This document shows positions 1 to 9,743 of a stretch of DNA of 64,000 nt, piece after piece. Location of the stretch: the NCBI GenBank assembly GCA_023407575.1, contig JAEYLX010000075.1:319689-383688 (forward strand). Reading direction: 5' to 3'. Origin of the DNA: Bacillota bacterium (GTDB lineage: Bacteria; Bacillota; Clostridia; Lachnospirales; Lachnospiraceae). Position numbers and translations under genes: made by a program. The stretch's first letter is position 1; every line of letters begins with the position of its first letter. Under the pieces are notes generated by a model. That model had not been told where the DNA came from, made no database searches, and worked only from the letters and a program-made list of their open reading frames with translations.

Positions 1-67
1 CTCTCTTTGCAATACCATATGATTGCTAAAGACAGCTGCAACTTGAAATTTAGCCATTGTTTACTCC

Positions 68-604
68 TTATATTAACCTCATGTATTTACGTATTTTATT
101 CCAAACTGTACTTTGAAAATAATCATATGCCTTATCATAAATAAATAGTAGAATTTGAGCTGCCAAGCAGATAACGCCCAGTATTCTCATATTTATATCG
201 CCTTCATAGATCAACTTTGGCATTATCAATAAAATTGGAACGAGCAACAAATTAAATACAACGTATTTTATCAACCAAAAAACTCTTCTACGGTTTCGAA
301 TATCACTAATTCGAATCAATTTATCAAATGCGAACTCAATCACTATAATATAAAGTCCCATTGCTGCATACGTAATGCAGTAGAGCTTATTGGGTGCCAG
401 AAGCAGTGATAAAAGAATGCTGCCCAAATAAAAGCCAAATCCAAACTGCTTACCACTTTCACGAATTGCAATTCCCACGCAGAAGGAGGCTGCAGCTAGT
501 AAAAACAAGGTATTAAATTCTAAAATACCACTCAATATAATTAATACTACATCAAAGGCTAGTAAGAGACTTAAAAATGCAAGCTTTTTTGCATTTACAG
601 ACAT
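68..604 (-). CDS. Integral membrane protein, third gene of DUF5685/J-domain operon
   Basis: Several hydrophobic segments; ATG at 604 (MSVNAKK) overlaps end of J-domain gene. Confidence 0.7.
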   Translation of the reverse strand: MSVNAKKLAFLSLLLAFDVVLIILSGILEFNTLFLLAAASFCVGIAIRESGKQFGFGFYLGSILLSLLLAPNKLYCITYAAMGLYIIVIEFAFDKLIRISDIRNRRRVFWLIKYVVFNLLLVPILLIMPKLIYEGDINMRILGVICLAAQILLFIYDKAYDYFQSTVWNKIRKYMRLI

Positions 605-1203
605 GGTATGATATCCCCTCCCATACATTCACAAAGACTATCTGCACACCATAAATCGCAACATAGATTACCAGTGCCATAGCTTCTGCCTCCACCGCCA
701 TATCCAGTTGTATTATATCTGGTGTTCTGATACCTTTGTGTCTGCCATTCAATTTGATTTAAAAGGTTTTTATATTCTTGATTTGATGGCTCCATGTTAA
801 CCGCCTGTCTTGCATGGTCAGAGGCCATGACATTGTTGCCAATGTTAGCATTTGCAACTGCGCTATAATAATACCAACGTGCTGATCTGGAAGATATCCT
901 CTCCAGTACATCCAAGGCTTCTCGATATCTTCTGGAATTCAAGTAACTGTATACTGTATTTAATTCCGGAGAATCTTCGGTAGAACCACTTCCTACGTTA
1001 CTGTACCCTCGCTCACGGTCCTTCATTATCTGTTCGTAAGCTTCTTGTACCTCTTTAAATTTCTCTTCCGCTAAGGCAGGCAGCGGATTATTAACATAAG
1101 AATCCGGGTGGTACTTCCTACTCATTTCACGATATGCTTTCTTCACCTCATCATTTGATGCGTTGGGTGATATACCCAATATACTGTATGGATTTGATAT
1201 CAT
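595..1203 (-). CDS. J-domain (DnaJ-like) protein with TPR-like helices and Cys-rich C-terminal tail
   Basis: NPYSILGI...KKAYR...KYHPD J-domain with HPD; TPR-like ARWYYYSAVA...AVNMEPSN; tail CCDLWCADSLCECMGGDIIPCL. Confidence 0.9.
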   Translation of the reverse strand: MISNPYSILGISPNASNDEVKKAYREMSRKYHPDSYVNNPLPALAEEKFKEVQEAYEQIMKDRERGYSNVGSGSTEDSPELNTVYSYLNSRRYREALDVLERISSRSARWYYYSAVANANIGNNVMASDHARQAVNMEPSNQEYKNLLNQIEWQTQRYQNTRYNTTGYGGGGRSYGTGNLCCDLWCADSLCECMGGDIIPCL

Positions 1204-2042
1204 ACTTTTGTTCCTTCCTCACTGCTTCTCTTCGTATTTATAGCTTCGAACTTGGTCCAAACTCCCTCATAAAGGATGTTCCTAAGGATATCCACATCCA
1301 AGATGCACGGTAGTTTCTCAAATTCTCTGGTGCATTCCACCATCATAAGCGTTAAAAGTCTTTGACATTCTTCTTTAAAATCCGATTGTCCGCTCATTAC
1401 TAGCAATGGATTATAACTTCCATGCTTTCGGTCCTTTTCAATATCATCATAGGCATCCAGAATATAAATAAATTTCCCTAGATAAAAGCCTATTTGTCTC
1501 AAATTCTTCTCCCAAACATCCTCCCGATAAGTAAATAAGGATGCCATCAATTCACCGAAGCACCTAGCTACCACATCAATATTACTTTCCCCTTGCCTTT
1601 CACATTCAGCAAGTTTTCCAAGACTTTCACTGATATCCCTGCATTGTCTTGGATATGACTTTTCAATTTTTTTATAAGCCTTTTGAAATGCCTTTGCTCC
1701 CGCTAACGCTGGGATACTCTGCTCATCCTGCCAATCATCTATAAAGTGATGATAGGATAAAACAATATTCATATCTGCAACATACTCTGTAATTTCATTG
1801 GTTAAGGTATCGTGCTTTTTCACAGGATGTGTAATGCAACGATTTTGCTCTTTTTTTGTTTCACTTTCATATAGAGAGGTTAACAATAAAACTAAAAATG
1901 TCATATCATAGGATAATGTCATTTGTCCTAATCGACCATACTTTGTATGTAATGTCTTACACAAACCACAATAATATGCTTTATATTTAAAGAAATCCTT
2001 CATTTTCAATTCTGGTTTGTTGATATTAACATATCCGAACAT
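1200..2042 (-). CDS. DUF5685-family protein with two Asp-rich motifs
   Basis: MFGYV...YYCGLC N-terminus; DDWQD and DAYDDIEKD motifs; GGAGGA RBS before ATG 2042; ATGA overlap with J-domain gene. Confidence 0.8.
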   Translation of the reverse strand: MFGYVNINKPELKMKDFFKYKAYYCGLCKTLHTKYGRLGQMTLSYDMTFLVLLLTSLYESETKKEQNRCITHPVKKHDTLTNEITEYVADMNIVLSYHHFIDDWQDEQSIPALAGAKAFQKAYKKIEKSYPRQCRDISESLGKLAECERQGESNIDVVARCFGELMASLFTYREDVWEKNLRQIGFYLGKFIYILDAYDDIEKDRKHGSYNPLLVMSGQSDFKEECQRLLTLMMVECTREFEKLPCILDVDILRNILYEGVWTKFEAINTKRSSEEGTKV

Positions 2043-2337
2043 GTTTCCTCCATATTGTGCCAATCATAGCCACGAATTAATTTAGTATAGCATACTTATC
2101 TTTTGATTTATAGGAGGTATAGTAAAAAATCACACTTTTTTAAGAAATTCTTAATAAACACCATTGTTACCAAACTCTTATAAAAACCATGACTTTAAAC
2201 AAGTAGAAAAGGCAGTCTATGATCTGTTACGATTCATAGCGCTGCCTCAAGCATACATTTACACAAAGTATATTCTAATTATCTTTTTACCGTTTAAATT
2301 CACATTTAAAAATGTGATACTTTTGACTCCCTACAGA

Positions 2338-3303
2338 CTATCTTCTGCCTTTATCGTAAGGGATACCCTCTGCCTTAGGGGCTTTGGATTTCTTTGAAGT
2401 AAAGATAAGTACAATTAAGGTTGCAACATAAGGAAGCATCTTAAAGTAAGTCTGTGGTATATCCAATTGATTTAGAACTGGTATTAAGGCTACGGAATAA
2501 GCTAAAACTCTTAGGAAAGCAAAGAAAAGAGCCGCAAAGAGAATTCTAATTGGCTTCCACTGTCCAAAAATCATAACCGCCAACGCCAGGAAACCAAAAC
2601 CAGCTACTCCAGTATGTCCATTAATATTACCATCTGTTACACCTACCGAATAGAAGAAACCACCAATACCACCCAGAAAACCAGATAATGCAACACCTGC
2701 ATATCTCATTACATATACATTGATACCTACAGAATCTGCCGCATGTGGATGCTCACCACAAGCACGTAATCTTAAGCCGAATTTGGTTTTATAAAATACA
2801 ATCGTTGCAATAATCAATAGCAAAAATCCGATATAAACAGTAATATAGGTTTTTGTAAAGAATAGCTGACCAATCACTGGAATGTCACCTAGCCCTGGCA
2901 CCTTTTTAATATAAAAATTAACATCCGTGGTAATTCCATCACTGTTAAAGGACATCTTTGCGTAAAGAAGAATAAGTGCAGGAACGATCATATTAAGCGC
3001 TGTTCCTGTAATGGTCTGGTCTGCTTTTAAGTTAACTGCTGCCACAGAAAGAAGCATAGAGAATATAATACCTGCCAATGCCGCTGCTAACATACCAATG
3101 ATCAATATTACCTGACCATTCATATCTGATCTTTGTACAAAATACACGGTAAAGCAACCTAAAAATGCACCGAATAACATAATACCTTCCAGTGCTATAT
3201 TAATGATACCACTTCGCTCACTAAACATTCCGCCAAGAGCAACGAGCAACAATGGAATAGCAACCGGAAGCATATTTTGAACTAAATAATATAAAGTATC
3301 CAT
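2338..3303 (-). CDS. Nucleoside/sugar ABC transporter permease
   Basis: SERSGIINIALEG, LRLRACGEHPHAADSVGINV, PKAEGIPY motifs. Confidence 0.9.
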   Translation of the reverse strand: MDTLYYLVQNMLPVAIPLLLVALGGMFSERSGIINIALEGIMLFGAFLGCFTVYFVQRSDMNGQVILIIGMLAAALAGIIFSMLLSVAAVNLKADQTITGTALNMIVPALILLYAKMSFNSDGITTDVNFYIKKVPGLGDIPVIGQLFFTKTYITVYIGFLLLIIATIVFYKTKFGLRLRACGEHPHAADSVGINVYVMRYAGVALSGFLGGIGGFFYSVGVTDGNINGHTGVAGFGFLALAVMIFGQWKPIRILFAALFFAFLRVLAYSVALIPVLNQLDIPQTYFKMLPYVATLIVLIFTSKKSKAPKAEGIPYDKGRR

Positions 3304-4439
3304 TATGCCACCTCCTGATCCTTTGTTACTGATGAATCTTTCTTATTGCGCTTTTTCTTAATAAACTTTGCTACTGACATATTCATTAACATAGCAAACG
3401 CTGAGAAATAAATGATTACTGCAATAACAACGTCAACAATTTCAGGTTTATAACCAAATTGACTGCTGATAATAGTTCCGCCACGTTGAATATGAGAGAT
3501 AAATACTGCCGAAAAGATAATACCAATTGGATTAGCGCTACCTAATAACGCAACCGCAATACCATTGAATCCATTGGCTGCAATAATATTAATTGGCTCA
3601 TAGGTCGTACTGCTTCCTGCAATTGTGGATGGTGCTAACATATAAAAGGCTCCACCCAAGCCTGCTAAACCGCCTGCGATTAGCATGGTAAGAATAATGT
3701 TGCGCTTATCATTCATACCAGCATATTTACTTGCAAATTTATTAAAGCCGGTTGCTTTTAATTCATATCCAAAAATTGTTTTGTTTAGGACAATAAATAG
3801 TATAATAGCGATTAAGATTGCAATCACAATAGCAAAGTTTACATTTGAATCTTCAATCCCAAGAGATGGTATCTGTGCTGATGCAGGTAAATATGCCGTT
3901 CTGGTCTTGGAAGCCACATACATTGTTGCATTCCCCTGAACCATCATGTCCACAAGATACATACCAATATAATTCAGCATAATAGACGTAATTACCTCAT
4001 TAACATTGGCATAGGCTTTCAGTATACCTGGAATTACACCCCAGAGCATACCACCGATCATACCTGCTAAAATACATACAATCCAATGAAGTGCACCCGG
4101 TAATTTAAACATAAAACCAGCATACATAGCAAAAAACATACCCATGGTATATTGACCGGAGGCTCCAATATTAAATAAGCCCATTTTAAAAGCAAATCCA
4201 ACTGCAAGACCAGTCATAAGAATCGGTGTTGCAAAGTAGAACACGTCACCTAATCGACTGAAACCACCGAACAATACATTCATGAAACCGTAAAATGCAT
4301 TCTCTGGCTTTGCAGCAATCATGACAATTAATCCAAAGATAAGTCCTAATGCAATTGCCAGAAGTGCTGCGCTAAACTGTGAAAAACCTGGCCCTTTCAA
4401 CTTAGCTATATTAAATGGAGAACTCTGTTTATTTTTCAT
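3303..4439 (-). CDS. Nucleoside/sugar ABC transporter permease
   Basis: GLFNIGASGQ, VNEVITSIMLNY, GYELKATGFN motifs; start MKNKQ at 4439. Confidence 0.9.
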   Translation of the reverse strand: MKNKQSSPFNIAKLKGPGFSQFSAALLAIALGLIFGLIVMIAAKPENAFYGFMNVLFGGFSRLGDVFYFATPILMTGLAVGFAFKMGLFNIGASGQYTMGMFFAMYAGFMFKLPGALHWIVCILAGMIGGMLWGVIPGILKAYANVNEVITSIMLNYIGMYLVDMMVQGNATMYVASKTRTAYLPASAQIPSLGIEDSNVNFAIVIAILIAIILFIVLNKTIFGYELKATGFNKFASKYAGMNDKRNIILTMLIAGGLAGLGGAFYMLAPSTIAGSSTTYEPINIIAANGFNGIAVALLGSANPIGIIFSAVFISHIQRGGTIISSQFGYKPEIVDVVIAVIIYFSAFAMLMNMSVAKFIKKKRNKKDSSVTKDQEVA

Positions 4440-5976
4440 CGATTTTCTCCTTTGCTGTATTTCGTTTGGCTCCTGACATATAAAGACCAAGCTCCTCTAC
4501 GGTTGTTTCTTTTGGGTTTAATTCTCCTACAATTTCACCCTCATACATAACAAGAATACGATCACTTACATTCATTACTTCATCCAGCTCCAGTGACATG
4601 AGCAATACCGCTTTTCCTGCATCTCTGGTAGCCACTAACTGCTTATGAATAAATTCAATTGCACCAACATCAAGACCTCTGGTTGGCTGAACCGCAATTA
4701 ATAGCTCATGTTCTTTATCAATTTCTCTTGCTATAATTGCCTTTTGCTGATTACCACCAGACATTCCTCTTACAATAGTGATAGGACCTTGTCCACTTCG
4801 AACATCAAATTTCTGTATTAAACTTTCAGCATAGGATCTTACTTCTTGTTTTTTAATAAAGCCAACTTTATGGAACTTTGGTTGCCAATAACGTTGCAGA
4901 ACCATGTTCTGTTCCACAGAATAATCCAGGACAAGTCCGTGTTTATGGCGATCTTCCGGTATATGACTCATTCCTGCCTTAGAACGAGCACGGACAGAGT
5001 ATTTAGTAATATCCTTACCAACAAGATTAATCTTCCCTCTGCTTAACTTCTCCAGACCTGTAATTGCTGCAATGAGTTCAGATTGACCATTACCTTCGAT
5101 ACCTGCCAGACATACAATCTCACCAGCCTTCACTTCAAAGGACACATTATTAACCGCTTCCTTCTTGCTAATCTTAGAGGGTACAGAAACTTCATTCACA
5201 GAAAGCACAGTCTTTCCTGCTTTTTGCTCATTTTTATCAACAGCAAACTTTACATCTCTGCCAACCATCATTCTAGACAGTTCTTCTTTACTGCTATTTT
5301 TTATATCAACAGTCCCAATGCATTTGCCTTTTCTAAGCACGGTACAACGATCTGCAACAGACATGATCTCATTCAATTTATGGGTAATAAATAAAATCGA
5401 TTTTCCTTCTTTTGCAAAACCACGCATGATTTGCATTAGTTCATTGATTTCCTGTGGTGTTAGTACCGCCGTAGGCTCATCAAAGATAAGAATATCATTT
5501 TCACGATACAGCATTTTTAAAATTTCTACTCTCTGCTGCATTCCTACCGATATTTTTTCTATAACGGCATCCGGATCAACAGAAAGCCCATACTGTTTAC
5601 TTAGTTCAATTACTTTTTGCTTCGCTTCCTTCATTTTAAGAAAGCCTAGTTCATTTGGTTCTACACCTAGAATAATATTTTCCAATACTGTAAATATATC
5701 TACCAACTTAAAATGCTGATGAACCATACCTATCCCAAGATTATTTGCATCCTTAGGATTATTAACCTTTACTGTCTTTCCATCTTTTTTAATCTCACCC
5801 AGCTCTGGCTGAATTAAACCAAAAAGAATACTCATTAAAGTGGATTTACCCGCACCATTCTCCCCCAAAAGAGCATGTATCTCTCCTTTTTTGAGCTGCA
5901 GAGTTATATCATCGTTCGCTCTGATTCCAGGAAATTCTTTCGTTATGTGAAGCATCTCAATTATATAGTTTTCCAT
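4429..5976 (-). CDS. Nucleoside/sugar ABC transporter ATP-binding protein (two NBDs)
   Basis: GENGAGKST Walker A, FDEPT, MSGGNQQK. Confidence 0.92.
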   Translation of the reverse strand: MENYIIEMLHITKEFPGIRANDDITLQLKKGEIHALLGENGAGKSTLMSILFGLIQPELGEIKKDGKTVKVNNPKDANNLGIGMVHQHFKLVDIFTVLENIILGVEPNELGFLKMKEAKQKVIELSKQYGLSVDPDAVIEKISVGMQQRVEILKMLYRENDILIFDEPTAVLTPQEINELMQIMRGFAKEGKSILFITHKLNEIMSVADRCTVLRKGKCIGTVDIKNSSKEELSRMMVGRDVKFAVDKNEQKAGKTVLSVNEVSVPSKISKKEAVNNVSFEVKAGEIVCLAGIEGNGQSELIAAITGLEKLSRGKINLVGKDITKYSVRARSKAGMSHIPEDRHKHGLVLDYSVEQNMVLQRYWQPKFHKVGFIKKQEVRSYAESLIQKFDVRSGQGPITIVRGMSGGNQQKAIIAREIDKEHELLIAVQPTRGLDVGAIEFIHKQLVATRDAGKAVLLMSLELDEVMNVSDRILVMYEGEIVGELNPKETTVEELGLYMSGAKRNTAKEKIDEK

Positions 5977-6168
5977 GTTTACCTCACTTTAAAATTTTGG
6001 TAACTGTTCATGGCCAAGCACTGACGAAACCGTAGGTTTTCATGCTTGGTTTTGAATAGTTCAATATTTTGTAAAACACATAACTTTCTATAAAACATTA
6101 TGAACAATATTTAAAACGGTTATGTATTTGAATAAGTTTCACCGCAGTGCTTTTTTATTCTGTAGGAC

Positions 6169-6219
6169 AAAAAAGCTGCTGCAAAATAGAATACATATGA
6201 TTTTGCAGCAGCAGCTTTT
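6169..6219 (-). terminator. Intrinsic terminator after BMP lipoprotein gene (intra-operon)
   Basis: 13-bp inverted repeat GCTGCTGCAAAAT/ATTTTGCAGCAGC with minus-strand T-run. Confidence 0.7.
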
Positions 6220-6270
6220 ATCAATCTGTCAACAACGGCTTACACCATTATTCATAAACATTTTCTAAAA

Positions 6271-7410
6271 CTATCTTACAGTAACAGCTACCTTAACAAG
6301 GCTAAGACCTGCTGTTAATTCTTCAGCAGTAGCAATACCACTTGCATCAGCAACAGTAATTGTACGAATAGGGGTAACAGTTCCATCAACTAAAGTTGCA
6401 AATACAGTATCATATGCAGCTTTATCAAAGGATGTAAATCTGTCAAATGCATTTGCTTTGTCATCACCAATAACTACGGTTGGAAGACCAACACCAGCAT
6501 TTGTTGCATTGAAGTAAGTTTCCTTGCCTGCATAAGTGCTCCAGCTATCTTTATTGTAGATGGAATCAAGTACTGCATATACAGAAGCTCCAAGACCCTT
6601 CATTGCAGAAGTAACAACAGTTTCGCTGTCATATCTCTGGTCAACGTCAACACCGATTACTTTAGCGCTGGATTCGTTAGCAGCTGACATAACACTCTTA
6701 CCTACAGAACCACCACAAGCAAAGATAACTTCTGTACCTTCCTGGTACATAGTCTTAGCAGTTGCTTTGTTGGTATCGTTCTCTTCAAAGTTACCTGTGT
6801 AGTGATAAGTTACGGAGATTGCACCATCGCCAAGGCCAAGTTCTGCTGCAGCAGCTTCTGCGCCTTCAAGGAAACCATAACCGAAAGCTTGTACTGCTGG
6901 AACTGCCATACCACCCATGAAACCAAGCTTTGTCATGCCATCTTTTACAGCTGCATAACCTGCAAGGTATCCAGACTGCTCTTCAGCATACTTAACACTT
7001 GCTACATTATCTTTTTGTGTTGAATCAGAATAATCAGTGTTATGTGGTGCACCATCAAGAAGAATGAATTTTACTTCTGGATATTTGGTCTGTGCTTCAA
7101 AAACTGGTACTTCAAATAAGAAACCAGGTGTTACAACTACTTTAGCTCCTGCTTTAACTGCATCATCAATTGCCTTAAGGTAACCAGTATCGGATGCATC
7201 CTCTGGTTTGATGTACTGGTAATCTTTAATGTCGTTATCCTTACAGAACTCTACAACACCTTCCCAAGATCCCTGATTAAAGGACTTGTCATCGATGTTA
7301 CCCTTATCTGTGATAAGAGCGATTTGGTTTGTCTTGCTTTTTGTACCACATCCTACTAACATTGCAGCAGCAAGTACAAAAACTAACATAATAGCTGTAA
7401 ATTTCTTCAT
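6271..7410 (-). CDS. BMP-family lipoprotein, nucleoside ABC substrate-binding protein
   Basis: Lipobox LVGC; IDDKSFNQGSWEG, GYLAG, VIGVDVDQ. Confidence 0.9.
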   Translation of the reverse strand: MKKFTAIMLVFVLAAAMLVGCGTKSKTNQIALITDKGNIDDKSFNQGSWEGVVEFCKDNDIKDYQYIKPEDASDTGYLKAIDDAVKAGAKVVVTPGFLFEVPVFEAQTKYPEVKFILLDGAPHNTDYSDSTQKDNVASVKYAEEQSGYLAGYAAVKDGMTKLGFMGGMAVPAVQAFGYGFLEGAEAAAAELGLGDGAISVTYHYTGNFEENDTNKATAKTMYQEGTEVIFACGGSVGKSVMSAANESSAKVIGVDVDQRYDSETVVTSAMKGLGASVYAVLDSIYNKDSWSTYAGKETYFNATNAGVGLPTVVIGDDKANAFDRFTSFDKAAYDTVFATLVDGTVTPIRTITVADASGIATAEELTAGLSLVKVAVTVR

Positions 7411-7837
7411 TTTGTTCCTCCCTTTTCCTGTTTACGGTTATAACCGTTATTTTGATTATATCATTTATTGTATCTTTTTCAACAAAAACAGTTAAGAAAA
7501 ATTGAATTTGTCCCATATTATTTTAAACCTAGTCCAAAAAATTAATGGGAATAATTATTTTTATGAATACTTATGAATTCTATTGTTACCAGATAATATT
7601 TTTTTATCAAGTTTCACAAAAACAAATCCCTGTAAAGTCATTATAAATTTACAAAATTATAACATTTTATCAAAACCTTTTTCAAATAACTATTAGCAGA
7701 ACATTATTGATACAAGTGCAATTTATGGGGTTTTTGTATTATCTTATCTAATGGAGTTAATGGGGTTTTCTCATTTAGGTAAAAAACACTATTTTATCGT
7801 GATTTAGCGACAAAACAGTGTTTTATTAGTTTCTTGG

Positions 7838-8227
7838 TTATTCACTTATTAGATTGAAAATAGCATTATCTGCTATATTATCTCCAAACCTCATATTTAT
7901 AACATTTAGCGAGGAAGAGTCGTTTTTTTGAAAAATCAGATTATTTTCCTCTAACTGAAATACATAAATATATTTACTATCATCAGTTGTCATCGTTAAC
8001 GTTTTATTATCTACTTCATATGTACCACTAACCCAATTATTAGAATTACTGCTTAATAAATCACCAATAGAAAATCCCTCATCGGTTATAGTGACGCAGG
8101 GAGAAAATCCTACTTTTTCAACTAGAACATAATATCCATTCTTTACTGTGACTGTATTCCTGATAATAAAAAATGATAATAAAAAGAAAATTAAAATCAT
8201 AATGAAGCTTATTCTTGCTTTTTTCAA
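7838..8227 (-). CDS. Hypothetical protein with N-terminal membrane anchor
   Basis: Basic/hydrophobic N-terminus, TTG start with AAAGGGGA RBS. Confidence 0.65.
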   Translation of the reverse strand: MKKARISFIMILIFFLLSFFIIRNTVTVKNGYYVLVEKVGFSPCVTITDEGFSIGDLLSSNSNNWVSGTYEVDNKTLTMTTDDSKYIYVFQLEENNLIFQKNDSSSLNVINMRFGDNIADNAIFNLISE

Positions 8228-8562
8228 GAGAATTATCCCCTTTCCAGTAACGAATATAATATTTGTTCGTAATTATAAACAATTACAAATCAAATGTATG
8301 GTAATATTATACATTATATAATTACTTAAAATCAATTGATTTTGTCAATTACATCTAAGTTAAAACTGAATATAGGACATAAATGATAATTAATAAGATT
8401 CTATGTCTGCAGGTATTTTAAAAATACCTGAGTGATTTCACCCCAAAATAAGTAATTGAAAAGTCTATGGAATAATTATCTAATTTCATGTATTATTAGT
8501 ATTATAATCGATTGAAGCTGCTTAAATATGTATAGAAAAATTATAATTTGTGGAAGGTGTGT

Positions 8563-8730
8563 ATGACAATGAAAAAAGATCTTTCAAACAAATTAACAAT
8601 ATGGGGTGCGACTTTATTCCTGTCAGGTGCAATTCTGCTTTCAGGAGGTGTCGTAAGTGCTGGCGCATTCTTTATGATGATTGGTGGTATGATTGGGCTT
8701 CTTAATTTGTTTCATAATAATAGGGAGTAA
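8563..8730 (+). CDS. Small two-helix membrane protein
   Basis: GGAAGG RBS; two hydrophobic segments. Confidence 0.5.
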   Translation: MTMKKDLSNKLTIWGATLFLSGAILLSGGVVSAGAFFMMIGGMIGLLNLFHNNRE

Positions 8731-8830
8731 TATGGACAATGTTATAAGGCTGTTGTAAAATGAAAACACATAGAGCAAAATAGCTTTCATCATGAATTTA
8801 TTAAACAATCAGATAAGGAGGATGGCATCT

Positions 8831-9541
8831 ATGAGGCAAGCAGGCTGCAGCTGTCACAAATGTAAAGACAGAGAATGCCCAAAAAATGTCCCTATTTTTG
8901 CAGGTTTAGATGACTTAGAAATCACTAAAATTGCTGATCTTATCGTTAGAAGAGAATATAAAAAGGGTGAAATGATAGTAATGGAGGGCGGTAAATTAGA
9001 TAGCCTCTACATTATTAATCAGGGCAAAGTAAAATCCTTTCGTTACACCTTTGAGGGAAAGGAACAAATCTTATATATTTTTAATGAAGGTGATTTTTTT
9101 GGTGAAAAGAATTTATTAGGAACGCTTAATGCTACCTACAACGTTGAGGCATTAGCGGAAACACATATATGTACTATTCCAAATAAAAGCTTTCAAGAAC
9201 TACTAAAAACAAATCCGGAAATTAGTTTTAAGATAATTGATCAGTTATGTATCCGTATTAATCTGTTAGAAAGTACAATTCAAAATATGGGCACAAAAAG
9301 TATTGATTCCAGAGTCAATGCCGTTTTACTTGAATTTGCTGAAAAGTATGGAAAGAAAGAGTCAAAGGGTACTTTAGTGGAACTTCCTATTAGTCGAGAA
9401 GGTATCGCCAACTACATAGGTATTGCCAGGGAAACTGTGAGTCGAAAGATGAGCAGTTTACAAGAGGGCGGCATTATAGAATTAATTGGAAACAAAAAGG
9501 TGCTTATTCTTAATATGAACGCGTTAATGGACGAAGCTTAG
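8831..9541 (+). CDS. Crp/Fnr-family regulator with N-terminal Cys cluster
   Basis: GDFFGE cNMP-type domain, HTH SREGIANYIGIARETVSR, CSCHKCKDREC; AGGAGG RBS before ATG 8831. Confidence 0.9.
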   Translation: MRQAGCSCHKCKDRECPKNVPIFAGLDDLEITKIADLIVRREYKKGEMIVMEGGKLDSLYIINQGKVKSFRYTFEGKEQILYIFNEGDFFGEKNLLGTLNATYNVEALAETHICTIPNKSFQELLKTNPEISFKIIDQLCIRINLLESTIQNMGTKSIDSRVNAVLLEFAEKYGKKESKGTLVELPISREGIANYIGIARETVSRKMSSLQEGGIIELIGNKKVLILNMNALMDEA

Positions 9542-9566
9542 ATAGACAACTTATATGAATCCCTTG

Positions 9567-9603
9567 AATGCAAACACAGCTAAAACTGTCGTTTGCATTT
9601 TTT
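9567..9603 (+). terminator. Intrinsic terminator after Crp/Fnr gene
   Basis: AATGCAAAC...GTTTGCATT followed by T-run. Confidence 0.7.
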
Positions 9604-9620
9604 ATAAATTTTTTTATAAG

Positions 9621-9636
9621 TATGACTGGAGTCACA
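9621..9636 (+). promoter_or_regulatory. Crp/Fnr-type operator upstream of fprA
   Basis: TATGA-CTGGAG-TCACA, one mismatch to TGTGA-N6-TCACA, next to a Crp/Fnr gene. Confidence 0.7.
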
Positions 9637-9743
9637 GTTTTAATCTTCAAAATGTTTTATGTTATATATGTGCTTAGCAATAATCACTAAGAAAGATACG
9701 TTAACACTTAAAATAAAACTATATAAAAAATGGAGGTTAATTT

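Noticed and set aside
6011..6050. CTGACGA followed by a short stem, resembling a hammerhead core
   Set aside because: No GAAA after stem II or cleavage triplet geometry; antisense to the operon
7411..7837. Purine riboswitch upstream of nucleoside ABC operon
   Set aside because: No aptamer motifs (TATAAT..TATGG..GTTTCTACC..CCGTAAA) found
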